Below are positions 1 through 12,825 of a stretch of DNA of 64,000 nucleotides, piece after piece (position 1 is the stretch's first letter; every line of letters starts with the position of its first letter). Position numbers and translations under genes: made by a program. The DNA comes from the human T2T-CHM13v2.0 reference genome, Homo sapiens. The stretch lies in assembly GCF_009914755.1 (NCBI RefSeq), contig NC_060948.1; one strand, written 5' to 3'. The notes below the pieces were generated by a model. The model did no database searches, had not been told where the DNA came from, and was given only the letters and a program-made list of their open reading frames with translations.

Positions 1-899
1 CAACAGATCTCACTCTGTCACTTTTAATGAAGTGCAGTAGCACAATCTTAGCTCACATTTCATTTCACCATTCTATTCCATTTAATTCCATTGAACTCCA
101 TTCCATTCCATTCCACTCTAATACACTCAGCTAAACTCCACTGCATTCCATTCCATTCCATTGTGTTCCATTCCACTGGACTCTGATCCACTCCACTCAA
201 CTCCAGTACACTCCACCCCACTTCACTCTATTCCATTTTGTCTTTTCCGATAGTTTCCGTTCCTTTCCTCTCAGTTCCATTCCAGTCCACTGCATTCCAC
301 TCCACTCCACTGCACTCCATTCCACTCCAATCCACTCCATTCCATTCTACTCCATTGCATTCAACTCCATTCCATTCCATTCCACTCCATTCCACTCCTC
401 TCCATCTCCCTCATCTCCATTCCACTGCACTCTGCTCCACTCCATTCCATTCCATTCCATTCCACTCCATTCCATTCCAGTCCACTCCACTCCACTCTCC
501 TCAACTACATTCCACTCCACTCCATTCCCATCCACTACATTCCACTGCATTCCATTCCATTCCACTCCACTCCATTCCATTCCTTTCTACTTGATTCCAT
601 TCCATTACTTTATTTCGACTGGATCTCACTCTGTCACCCAAACTGGAGTGCTGTGGTACAATCTCAGCTAACATTTCCTTTCACATTTCCATTCTATTTC
701 ATTCCATTCAATTGCATTACATTCCATTCAATTGCATTCCATTCCATTCGACTCCACTGCATTCCCCTCCACTCTACTCCACTCCTCTGAATTCCATTCC
801 ACTCCACTCCATTCCACTCCATTCCATTCCATTCTACTACATTCCATTCCATTACATTCCACTGCATTCCACTCCGTTCCACTCCACTCCTCTCCACTG

Positions 900-2050
900 T
901 ACTCCACTCCATTCCATTCCACTCCACTCCATTCCATTCCACTCTATTCCATTCAAATCCATTCCACTCCACTCCACTCCATTCCATTCCACCCCACTCC
1001 TACTTGACTCCACTCTATTCCATTCTCTACCATTCCATTCCACAACACTCCATTCCATTCCACACCACTCCACTAATCTCCACTCCACTCCACTGCATTC
1101 CATTCCATTCCACTCCACTCCACTCCAATCCATTCCATTCCATTCCTGTGCACTCTAATAAAATCCACTGAACTCCATTTCACTCCAGTCCATATCACTT
1201 TGTTCCATTCCATTCCATTCCATTCCATTCCATTCCATTCCATTCCATTCCATTCCACTGCACTCCATTCCATTCCATTCCACTCCACCCGACTCGACTC
1301 CACTCAAATCCACTCCAATCCAATCCACTCCACTCTACTCCATTCCATTCCATTCCACTGCATTCCATTGCACACCATTCCATTTCACACGACTCCAGTC
1401 CATTCCACTTCAATCCATTCCTTTCCATTCCACCTCACTCCACTCCATTCCTATCCATTCCATTCCATTCCTTTCCATTCCATTCCATTCCATTGCACTC
1501 CACTCCATTCCATTCCACTCTATTCCATTCAAATCCTCTCCACTCCACTCTGTTCCATTCCACCCCACTCCTACTTGACTCCACTCTATTCCATTCTCTA
1601 CCATTCCATTCCATAACACTCCATTCCATTCCACTCCAATCCACTAACCTCCACTCCACTCCACTCCACTCCACTGCATTCCATTCCATTCCACTCCACT
1701 CCACTCCATTCCATTCCATTCCATTCCTGTGCACTGTGATAAAATCCACTCAACTCCATTTCACTCCAGTCCATATCACTCTCTTCCCTTCCATTCCATT
1801 ACATTCCTATCCATTCCATTTCATTCCATTCCTTTCCCCTGCACTCCATTCTATTCCATTCCACTCTACCCCACTCGACTCCACTCAAATCAACTCCAAT
1901 GCAATCCACCCCACTCTACTCCATTCCCTTCCACTCCACTGCATTCCGTTGCACACCATTCCATTTCACACGACTCCACTCCTTTCCACTTCAATCCATT
2001 CCGTTCCATTCCACCTCACTCCATTCCTATCCATTCCATTCCATTGCACT
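900..2050 (+). repeat. Local tandem duplication, ~570-580-bp unit
   Basis: ACCCCACTCCTACTTGACTCC at 991/1562; CTGTGCACT..ATAAAATCC at 1146/1727; ATTTCACACGACTCC at 1382/1963. Confidence 0.85.
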
Positions 2051-2811
2051 CCATTCCATTCCACTCCAATCCACTCCACTCAACTCCACTCTAGTGTAAT
2101 CCACTCCACTCCATTCCATTCCATTCCATTCCATTGCATTACCATCCATTCCACTGCACTCCGATGCACTCCACTCAAGTATACTCCACTCCACTCTACT
2201 CCATTCCATTCTGTTCTCTTCTATTCCATTCTACTCCATTCCATTCCACTCAACTCCATTCCATTCCACTGCATTTCACTCCATTCCACTACACTCCACT
2301 GCACTCCACTCCACTCCAATCCATTCCATTCCACTCCATTCCATTCCATTCCACACCATTCCATTCAATTTCCTTCCACTCCGCTAGTTTCCATTCCAGT
2401 CCACTTCATTCCATTCCATTCTTATCCACTCCGTTCAACTACATTCCACTCCAATCCTTTCCACTCCACTCCATTCCACTCCACTGCTCTCCATTCCGAC
2501 CCATTCCTTTGATTCCACCAAATTCCATTCCATTCTATTCCACTCCATTCCACTCCACTCAATTCCACTCCACTTCATTCCACACGACCCATCTCCATTC
2601 CACTCCATTCCACTCCGTTCAATTCCACTCCACTCCGTTCCATTACATTCTAAGGCATTCCATTCCATTCCTTTATTTCGAGTGCATTTCACACTTTCAC
2701 CCAGACTGTAGTGCAGTAACACAATCTTAGCTCACATTTCATTTCTCCATTCCATCGCATTCCATTCCATAACATTGCATTCCATTCCACTGCACTCCAA
2801 TACACTTCTCT

Positions 2812-3100
2812 ACTCAACTCTACTCCACGTCACTCGGTTCCAATCCGATCCATGCCATTTCGTTCTTTTCCGTTCCATTCCACTTCATTCCATTTCACTA
2901 TACTCCATTCCACTGCAGTATGTTTCACTCCATTCCACTCCATTCCACTCCACTTCACTCAACTCTACTCCACTCCACTCGATTCCAATCCGTTCCATGC
3001 CATTTCGTTCTTTTCCGTTCCTTTCCACTCCATTCCATTTCACTATACTCCATTGTACTGCAGTATGTTTCACTCCATTCCACTCCATTCCACTCCACTC
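2812..3100 (+). repeat. Local tandem duplication, 145-bp unit
   Basis: CATGCCATTTCGTTCTTTTCCGTTCC at 2851/2996; CTGCAGTATGTTTCACTCC at 2913/3058. Confidence 0.85.
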
Positions 3101-4554
3101 CTCTCCACTTCACTCTACTTCATTCCATTCTACTCCGTTCCACTGGATTCCTTTACTTCAACTGAATATCACTCTTACACCCAGACTGGAGTGCAGTGGC
3201 ACAACCTTAGCTCACATTTCATTTGACCATTCCATTCCGTTCCATTCTGTTTTATTCAATTCCATTCCACGGCATTCCGATCCACTCCACTCTACTCCAT
3301 TCCACTCTACTACACTCCACTCCATTCCATTTCCGGCCACTCCATTCCATTCCATTCCACTTCTTTACACTCCATTCCACTCTTCTCCACTCCATTCTGC
3401 TCTCTTCCACACCATTACATTCCACTCCATTCCATTCCACTGCATTCCACTACATTCCACTCCTTTCCACTCGATTCCATTCCATTTCTCTCCATTCCAT
3501 TCCATTCTACTCTATTCCCTTCCATTCCTTTATTTTGACTGGATCTCACTCTGTCACTTAGACTTGAGTGGAGTGACACAATCTCAGCTCACATTTCATT
3601 TCACTGTTCCATTCCATTCCACTCCATTCCATTCCATTCCATTCCATTCAAATCCATTCCATTCCATTCCCCTCCACTGCACTCCGATCCACTCCACTCA
3701 ACTCCACTGCATTCCACTACACTCCACTATGTTCCATTCCATTCAATTCCATTCTAGTCCCTTCCATTCCATTCTATTCCATTCCATTCCATTCTATTCT
3801 TTTCCATTCCCTTCCATTCCGTTATGTTCCATTCCACTCCATTCCACTTCACTCATTTCCACTCCACTCCACTCCATTACGCTCCACTACATTCCACTCC
3901 ATTCCATTCCACTCCATTCCATTCCATTCTACTCTATTGCATTTTATTCCTTTATTTATACTGGATCTCACACTATGACCCCTACTGGAGTGCAGTGGCA
4001 CAATCTTAGCTCTGATTTCATTTCACCAATGCATTAGATTCCTTTCTGTTCCATTCCATCCCACTCCCTTCATTTCCATTCCACTCCATTCCATTCCATT
4101 CCACTCCATTCCATTCCATTCCACTCCACTCCATTCCATTCCATTCCATTCCATTCTAATCCATTCCATTCCACTACACTACACTGCACCGCATTCCATT
4201 CCATTCCACTCCATTCCATTCCATTGCACTACACTACACTGCACCGCATTCCATTCCATTCCACTCCATTCCATTCCATTCCACTCCATTCCATTCCATT
4301 CCATTCCACTCCACTCCATTCCATTCCATTCCATTCTAATCCATTCCATTCCCCTCCACTACACTGCACCCCATTCCATGCCATTCCAATCCATTCCACT
4401 GCATTCCATTACACTGCAGTCCCACCCACTCCACTGAACTCCACTCCACTTCACTCTACTCCACTCCATTCCATTAGGTTGCATTCTGTTTCGTTCCATT
4501 CCTTTCCATTCCACTCCACTCCAGTCCACTCCACTCCATTTCACTTCATTCCAG

Positions 4555-4775
4555 TCCATTCCACTCCACTCCATTCCATTACACTGCATTCCGAATGATT
4601 CCACTACTTTCCATTCCATTTCACTCCATTCCACTCCATTCCATTCCACTGTACTCCATTCCACTCCACTCCACTTCATTCCATTACACTGCATTCCGAA
4701 TGATTCCACTACTTTCCATTCCATTTCACTCCATTCCACTCCATTCCATTCCACTGCACTCCATTCCACTCCACT
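4555..4775 (+). repeat. Local tandem duplication, 105-bp unit
   Basis: ACACTGCATTCCGAATGATTCCACTACTTTCC at 4581/4686. Confidence 0.85.
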
Positions 4776-7700
4776 CCACTCCATTCCACTCCATTCCATT
4801 CCACTCCATTCCATTCCACTCCACTCCATTCTATTCCATTCTACTGCATTCAATTCCATTCCTTTATTTCGACTGGTACTTACTCTGTGAACCCTACTGG
4901 AGTTCAGTGGCACAATCTTAGGTCTCATTTCATTTCCCCAATCCATTCCATTCCTTTCTGTTCCATTTCATTCCATTCCATTCTATTCCAATCTACTCCA
5001 TTACATTCCAGTCCTTTATTTCAACTGGATCTCACTCTGTCATCAAGACTAAAGTGCAATGGCCCAACCTAAGCTCACATTTCATTAGCCTTTCCATTCC
5101 ATTCCATTCCATTCCATTCCATTCCATTCCATTCCATTCCATTCCATTGCATTCCATTCCACTCCACTCCACTCCATTTCCCTCCACTACACTGCACTTC
5201 ATTCCATTCCGTTCCTTTCCATTGTATTCCATTTCATTTCTTTGCACTGCACTACCATCCACTCCACTCAACTCTCCTCCACTTCAGTCTATTCCTCTCT
5301 CTTCCATTAGGCTGCATTCCATTCCACTCCACTCCATTCCACTCTACTCCGTTTTACTTCTTTCCACTCCATTCCACTCCACTCCACTCCAGTCCAGTCC
5401 ATTCTATTACACTCCATTCCATTCGATTCCACTCCATTCCACTCCATTCCATTCCATTCCACAACATTCCACTCCACTCCACTCCATTTTATTTCTTTCC
5501 ACTCCATTCCACTCCACTCCACTCCAGTCCATTCTATTACACTCCATTCCATTCGATTCCACTCCATTCCATTCCATTTCAATCCATTCCACTCCATTCC
5601 ATTCCATTCCACAACATTCCACTCCACTCCACTCCATTCCACTCTGCTCGATTCCACTCCCTCCATTAAACATCACTCCACTCCATTCCACTGCATTCCA
5701 TTCCACTCCACTCCATTCTATTCCATTCTACTCCATTCCATTCCAGTCCTTTATTTCAACTGGATCTCACTCTGTCACCAAGACTAAAATGCAGTGGCCC
5801 AACCTAAGCTCACATTTCATTAGCCTTTCCATTCCATTCCATTCCATTCCATTCCATTCCATTCCATTCCATTCCATTCCATTCCGTTCCACTATACTCC
5901 GATCCAATCCACTCAACTCGACTTCACTCCACTCATTCCTTTCCATTCTGCTCTATTCTCTTCCATTCCATTCGATTCCATTCCGTTCTTTTCCATTCCA
6001 TCCCACTCCACTCCATTCCATTCTACTCCATTCCTCTCCACTCCTTTCCACTCCACTCCATTCCATTTCACTCCATTCCATTCCATTCCATTCCATTTCA
6101 TTCCATTCCATTCCAGTGTACTCCGATAGACTCCACTCAACTTCACTCGACTTCCCTCTGATCCATTCCGTTCCGTTCCTTTGCATTCCAGTCTACTACA
6201 TTCCATTCCACCTGACTCCATTCCACTCCACTCCATTCCCTCCCATTCTAATGCATTCCATTCCACTCCTTTATTTCGACTGGATATCAAACTGTCACCC
6301 AGAATGGAGTGCAGTGGCACCAAATTAGATCATATTTCTTTTCACCCTTCCATTCCATTCCATTCCATTCCATTCCATTCCATTCCATTCCATTTCACAC
6401 CATTCAACTCCACTCCATTCCACTCCCCTCCACTCCACTCTATTCCACTCCACTCCTTTCATTCCATTGCATTCCATTCCTATGTAATCCAATCCACTCG
6501 AGTCAAATCCACTCCACTCCACTCCACCACACTCCATTCCATTCCCCTCCACACCGTTTCATTCCATTATACTCTGTGCCATTCCATTCCTTTGTTCCGA
6601 TTAGATCTCACTGTGTCACCCAGAATGGAGTGCAGTTGCCCAATCTTTGCTCACATTTCATTCACCATGTCATAGCATTCCATTCCATTTCATTCCATTC
6701 CATTCCATTAAATTCCATTCCACTGCACTCCGATCCTCTCCACTCAAATCCACTCCACTCCGTTCCATCCCGTTCCATTCCTTTCCTCTTCATTCTATTC
6801 CATTACACTTAATTCCATTCCATTCCATTGCACTCCATTCCACTTTACTTAATTACACTCCACTCCATACCACTCCACTATACTCCATTCCATTCCCTTC
6901 CATTCCCTTCCATTCCATTCCACACCATTCCATTCCATACCACTCCAGTACGTTCTTCCCCATTCCACTCCACCCCATCAACTCCACTCTATTCCATTCC
7001 ATTCCATTCCTTTTCTTTCCACTTCACTCCTATCCACTCCACTCAACTTCACTCCATTCTACTCCACTCCACTCCGTCCCATTCCATTCCATTACTTTCC
7101 ATTCCATTCTACTCCATTCCATTCCATTCCACTCCTATCAACTCCACTCTATTCCATTCCATTCTACTCCCTTCCATTCCATTTCATTCCTTTATTTCAA
7201 CTGAATCTCACTCTTTCACCCAGACTGGAGTGCAGCGTCACAACCTTAGCTCACATTTCATTTCACCATTCCTTTCCATTACATTCCATTCCGTTCCATT
7301 CCATTCCATTCCAATCCATTGGAGACCTTTCCATTCAACTCGAATCCACTCCACTCCACTCCACTCCATTCCACTCCTCTGCATTGAATTGCATTCCATT
7401 CCATTCCTTTCCATTCCACTGCATTCTGATCCACTCCACTCAACTCCATGCCACTCCAGTCCATTTGATTCCATTCTGTTCTATTATGTCCCGTTCCATT
7501 CCATTCCACCCCATTCCATTCCACTCCACTCCATTCCACTCCCCTCCTTTCCATTCCACTCCATTCCATTCCATTCCACTGCATTCCATTCTATTCCATT
7601 ACACTCCCTTCCACTCCATTCCACTACCCTCCATTCCACTCCACTCCACTCCATTCCAATCCATTCCATTCCATTTCACTCCATTCCATTCCATTTCACT

Positions 7701-9319
7701 CCATTCCATTCCATTCCACTCCACTCCACTCCATTCCACTCCACTCCATTTCACTCCATTCCCCTCCTTACCACTCCATTGCCCTGCATTCCACTCCATT
7801 CCCTTCCGTTTCATTCCACTCCACTCCATTCCACTCCACTCCATTCCATTCCATTCCACTTCATTCCATTCTATTCCATTACATTCCTTTCCACTTCATT
7901 CCACTCCACTCCTTTCCTCTCCACTCTACTCCATTCCATTCCATTCCATTCCACTCCACTCCATTCCACTCCACTCCACTCCACTCTATTCCTTTCCATC
8001 CACTCCATTCCACTCCATTCCACTACATTCCATTCCATTCCTTTATTTTGACTGGATCTCACTTTGTCGCCAAACTGAAGTGCAGTGGCACAATCTTAGC
8101 TCACATTTCATTTCACCCTTCCATTCCATTAGATTCCACTACATTCTATTCCATTCCACTGCACTCTGATACAGTCCACTCAATTTTGCTCCACTCCAGT
8201 CCATTACATTGCATTCCACTCAATTCGATTCCACCACATTCTATTCCATTCCACTCAATTCCACTCCACTACTTTCCACTCCACTACATTCCACTCCACT
8301 CCATTCCAATCTATGCCATTACTTTCCCTTCCATTCCTTTCCATGATATTCCATTGCACCCCATTCCACTCCATTCCTCTGCACTCGATTCCACTCGACT
8401 CCATTCCACTCTGCTCCACTCCATTTCAGTTCATTCCATCCCACTCCACTCCATTCCATTTCATTCTACTCCATTCCATTCCATTTCTTTATTTCGAATG
8501 AATCTCACTCTGTCACGCATACTGGAGTGCTGTCGCGCAATTTTAGCTCGCTTTTCATTAACAATTCCATTGCATTCCACTCCATTCCATTCAATTACGT
8601 TCCATTCTATTCCATTGAATTTCATTCCGTTCCATTCCATTGCACTCCATTCCATTCCATTCCACTGCAATCCAGTCCACTTCACTGAATTCCACTCCAC
8701 TCCACTCCACTGCATTCTATTCTGTTCCATTCCTTTTTGTTTTGTTCCATTGCATTCCACTCTACTCCACTCCTGTCCACTTTACTGCATTCCCCTCCAC
8801 TTCACTGCATTCCGTTCCATTCCATTCCATTCCATTCCATTCCATACCACTGCACTCTGATCCACTGCACTCAACTCCACACCACTCCACTCGGTTCCAT
8901 TCTGTTCCACGCCATTCCGTTCTGTTCCATTCCATTTCACTCCAATCCATTCCGCTATACTCCATTCCATTGCCATACATTTCTCTCCATTCCACTCTAT
9001 TCCACTCCATTCCACTCCACTCTTCTTCACTCCACTCTATTCCAATCTACTCCATTCCACTATATTTCTTTATTTCGACTGAATCTCACTCTGACACCCA
9101 GACTGGAGTGCAGAGGCACAACCTTGACTCACATTTTATTTCACCATTCCAATCCATTCCATTCCATTCCATTCCATTCCATTCCATTCCATTCCATTCC
9201 ATTCCATTCCATGCCATTTTACTCCATTCCATTCCATTCCATTCCATTCCATTCCATTCCATTCCATTCCATTCCATTCCATTCCACTCCACTCCACTCC
9301 ATTCCATTCCATTCCATTC

Positions 9320-11992
9320 CCTGCTTTCGACTGGATCTCACTCTGTGACACAGCCTGGAGTGCAGTAGCGCCATCTCATTTCACATTTCATTTGACCATT
9401 CCATTCCACTACATTCCACTACACTTCAGTCCACTCCACTCCACTCCCATCCACGCCATTTCACTCCATTCAATTCCATCCCTGTCCATTCCACACCACT
9501 CCCGTCCACTCAACTCCATTCCATTCCTCTTCAGTCCACTCCACTCCAGTCTACTCCACTTCATTACACTCCATCCCATCCATTCCACTCCATTTCACTG
9601 CACTGCCCTTCTCTCCACTCCACTCCATTCCATTCCATCCCAGTCCATTGCTCTGCATTCCACACCTATCCACTCCACTCCACTCTATTCCATTCCATTC
9701 CATTCCATCCCATTACATTATATCCCACTCCATTCCATTCCATTCCATTCCATTAAATTCCATTCCATTCCATTCCTTTCCATTTCGTTCCATTCCATTC
9801 CTTTCTTTTGACAGGATCTCACTCTCTCACCCAGGCTGTAGTGCAGTGACACAATATCAACTCACATTTCATTTCACCATTCTCTCCCATTGCATTCCAT
9901 TCCATTGTATTCCATTCCATTCCATTTCTTTCCAATCCATTCCACTCCCTTCCATTCAACTCCACTCCACTCCAATCAATTGCATTCCTTTTCATTTCAT
10001 TCGAGTCCATTCCACTCCCTTCCATTCAACTCCACTCCACTCCATTCCATTCCATTCCATTCTATTGTAGTCCACTCCACTGTATTTGACTCGACTCCAT
10101 TCCATTAGACTTCACACCAATCCATTCCCCTCCATCCCATTCTAATCCACTCCATTCCCCTCCACTCCACTCTACTCCACTACAGTCCACTCCACTCTAC
10201 TCTACTCCACTCCATTCCATTCCACTCCGTTCCATTCCACTCCATTGAATTCCATTCTTTTCTTTCGACAGGATCTTACTCTTTCACCCAGTTGCAGTGC
10301 AGTGGAACTATCTCAGCTCGTGTTTCATTTCACCATAGCATTCCATTCCTTTCCTTTCCATTCCATTCCTTTAAATTACATTCCATTCCATTCCTCTTCA
10401 CTCCACTCCACTTCACTGCACTCCACTCCACTCCACTCCACTCCATTCCATTCTATCCCATTCCTTTCAACTCTATTCCATTCCACTCCACTCCTTTCCA
10501 TTCCATCCCAATACATTCCACACGATTCCACTCCAATGCACTCCACTCCTGTCCGCTCCATTCCATTCCACTCAATCCAATTGCATTCATTTCACTCCAC
10601 TCCACTCCACACCATTCCAGTACACTCCATTTTATTCCACTCCTTACCATTCCATTTCATTCTTTTGACAAGATCTCACTCTGTCACCCAGGCTGGAGTA
10701 AAGTGACACTTTCTCAGCTCACATTTCGTTTCAACATTTCATTGCATTCCATTCCATTTCATTCCATTCCACACTTATCCATTCCATTCCACTCCACTCC
10801 ACACCACTACATGCCACTCCACTCCATTCCATTCCTTTCCATTCCACTCCTTGCCATTCCATTCCTTTCTTTTGATAGGATATCACTCTGTCACCCAGGC
10901 TGCTGTGCAGTGGCACAAACTCAGCTCAGAATACATTCCACCATTGCATTCCACTCCATTTCACCCCTTTCCATTCCATTCCTTTCAATTCCATTCCTTT
11001 CCATTCCATTCCATTTCACTCCACTCCACTCCACTCCATTCCACTCCATCCAATCTCATTCCACTCCACTCCACTCCATTCCATGCCGTTTCATCCTATT
11101 CCATTTCCCGCCATTCCAATCTACTCCACTCAACTCCATTCCGTGCCATTCCATCCCATTCCATTCCACTCCATTCCACTCCACTCCACTCCATTCAAAT
11201 CCATTCCACTCCATTCCATTGCATTCCATCCCCCAGCACTCCACTCCACTCCATTCCACTCCATTCCATTCCATTCCACTCAATTCTGTTCCTCTCCACT
11301 CCATTCTTATCCATCCCATTCCATTCCACTCCATTCCCCACCACTCCACTCCACTTCATTCCATTTCATTCCATCCCATTCCATTCCACTACACTCCACT
11401 CCACTCTATTCAATTCCATTCCTTTCCATTCTACTCCATTGTATTACATTCCTTTCTTTCGAAAGGAACTCACTCTGTCACATAGGCTCCATTGCACTGA
11501 ACCAAACTCAGCTCACATTTCATTTCAACATTCCATTCAATTCCATTCCACTCGACTCCAATCCACTCCACTCTTCTCCACTCCACTTCACTCCAATCCA
11601 TTCCATTCCAATACATTACATTCCACTCAACTCCATTCCACTGCACTGCACTCAAATCCATGGCATTCCATTCCACTCCATTCATCCCATTCCATTCCTC
11701 TCCACTCCATTCCACTCCACTCCACTTCACTTCATTCCATTTCATTCTATTCCATTCCACTCCAATCGATTCCACTCCACTCCCCTCCCTTTCACTCCAT
11801 CCCATTCCATTCCACTCCATTCCACTCCACTCAACTCCACTTCACTGAAATACACTGCATTCCATTCCTTTCCACTCCCTTCCATTTTTTTTTCCACTCC
11901 CTTACATTTCTTTCATTTCTTTTGACAGTTTCTCACTCTCTCACCCATGATGGTGTGCTGTGGCACAATCACAGCTCACATTTCATTTCGAC
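9320..11992 (-). mobile_element. Domain B1: 7 Alu 3'-end cassettes, variant B (CTTTCTTTYGACAGGATCTC...CAGGCTGG...ATCTCAGCTCAC)
   Basis: Starts at about 9320, 9801, 10258, 10658, 10865, 11452 and 11915. Mostly TTTCTT tail, GACAG, CAGGCT and CTCAG diagnostics. Confidence 0.8.
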
Positions 11993-12825
11993 ATTCTATT
12001 CCATTGCCTTCCATTGCACTCCATTCTATTGCGTTCCATTTTATTGCATTACATTGCACTGCATTCCTTTCCATTCCCCTACACTCCACTCAATTCTACT
12101 CCACCCCACTCCACTCCACTCCAGTCCATTCCATTCCTTTCCCTTCCATTCTGTACCAGATCATTCCACTCCATTCTATTCCATTTCTCTGAATTCCATT
12201 CCATTGCATTCCAATCCATTCCACTCTCCTGCATTCACTCCTGTCCATTCCTCTCCACTCCATTCCTTGGTACTCCACTCCATTCCATTCCACTCCTTTC
12301 CACTCCATACCACTCCAGTCTATTCCATTCCATTCCACTCCACTCCACTCCACTCCACTCCATTCCATTCCATTCCACTGCACTCCGTTCCACTCCAATC
12401 AACTTCACTCCACTCCAATCCCTTCCATTCCATTCCATCCCTTTCCATTCCATTCCACTCCATTCCCTTAAATTCCACTCCTTTCCACTCCTCTCCATTT
12501 CACTCCATTGCACTCCACTCCACTCCATTCCACTGCATTCCATTCCATTCTACTCCACTACAATCCATTCCACTTTACTCCATTCCATTCCACTCCATTC
12601 CATTCCATTCAACTCCATTCCATTCCATTTCATTCCACTCCTTTCCACACCAGTCCATTCCACTCCTCGCCTCTCGCTTCCAATCAATTCCAGTCTTTTC
12701 CATTCTGTTCCACTACCTTCAACTCCATTCCACTCCACTCCATTCCACTCCACTCTCCTCCATTCCACTCCATTCCATTCCACTCCACTCCATTCCATTT
12801 CATAATACTCTATTCTATTCCATTC

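Larger units (their letters stand above)
1..9145 (-). mobile_element. Domain A1: 15 Alu 3'-end cassettes, variant A (consensus + strand CTTTATTTCGACTGGATCTCACTCTGTCACCCAGACTGGAGTGCAGTGGCACAATCTTAGCTCACATTTCATTTCACC)
   Basis: Cassette starts at about 1, 609, 2671, 3151, 3528, 3950, 4862, 5014, 5749, 6269, 6590, 7190, 8041, 8487 and 9068. The core matches antisense Alu TCTCGCTCTGTCGCCCAGGCTGGAGTGCAGTGGCGCGATCTCGGCTCAC with CpG decay. Confidence 0.85.
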
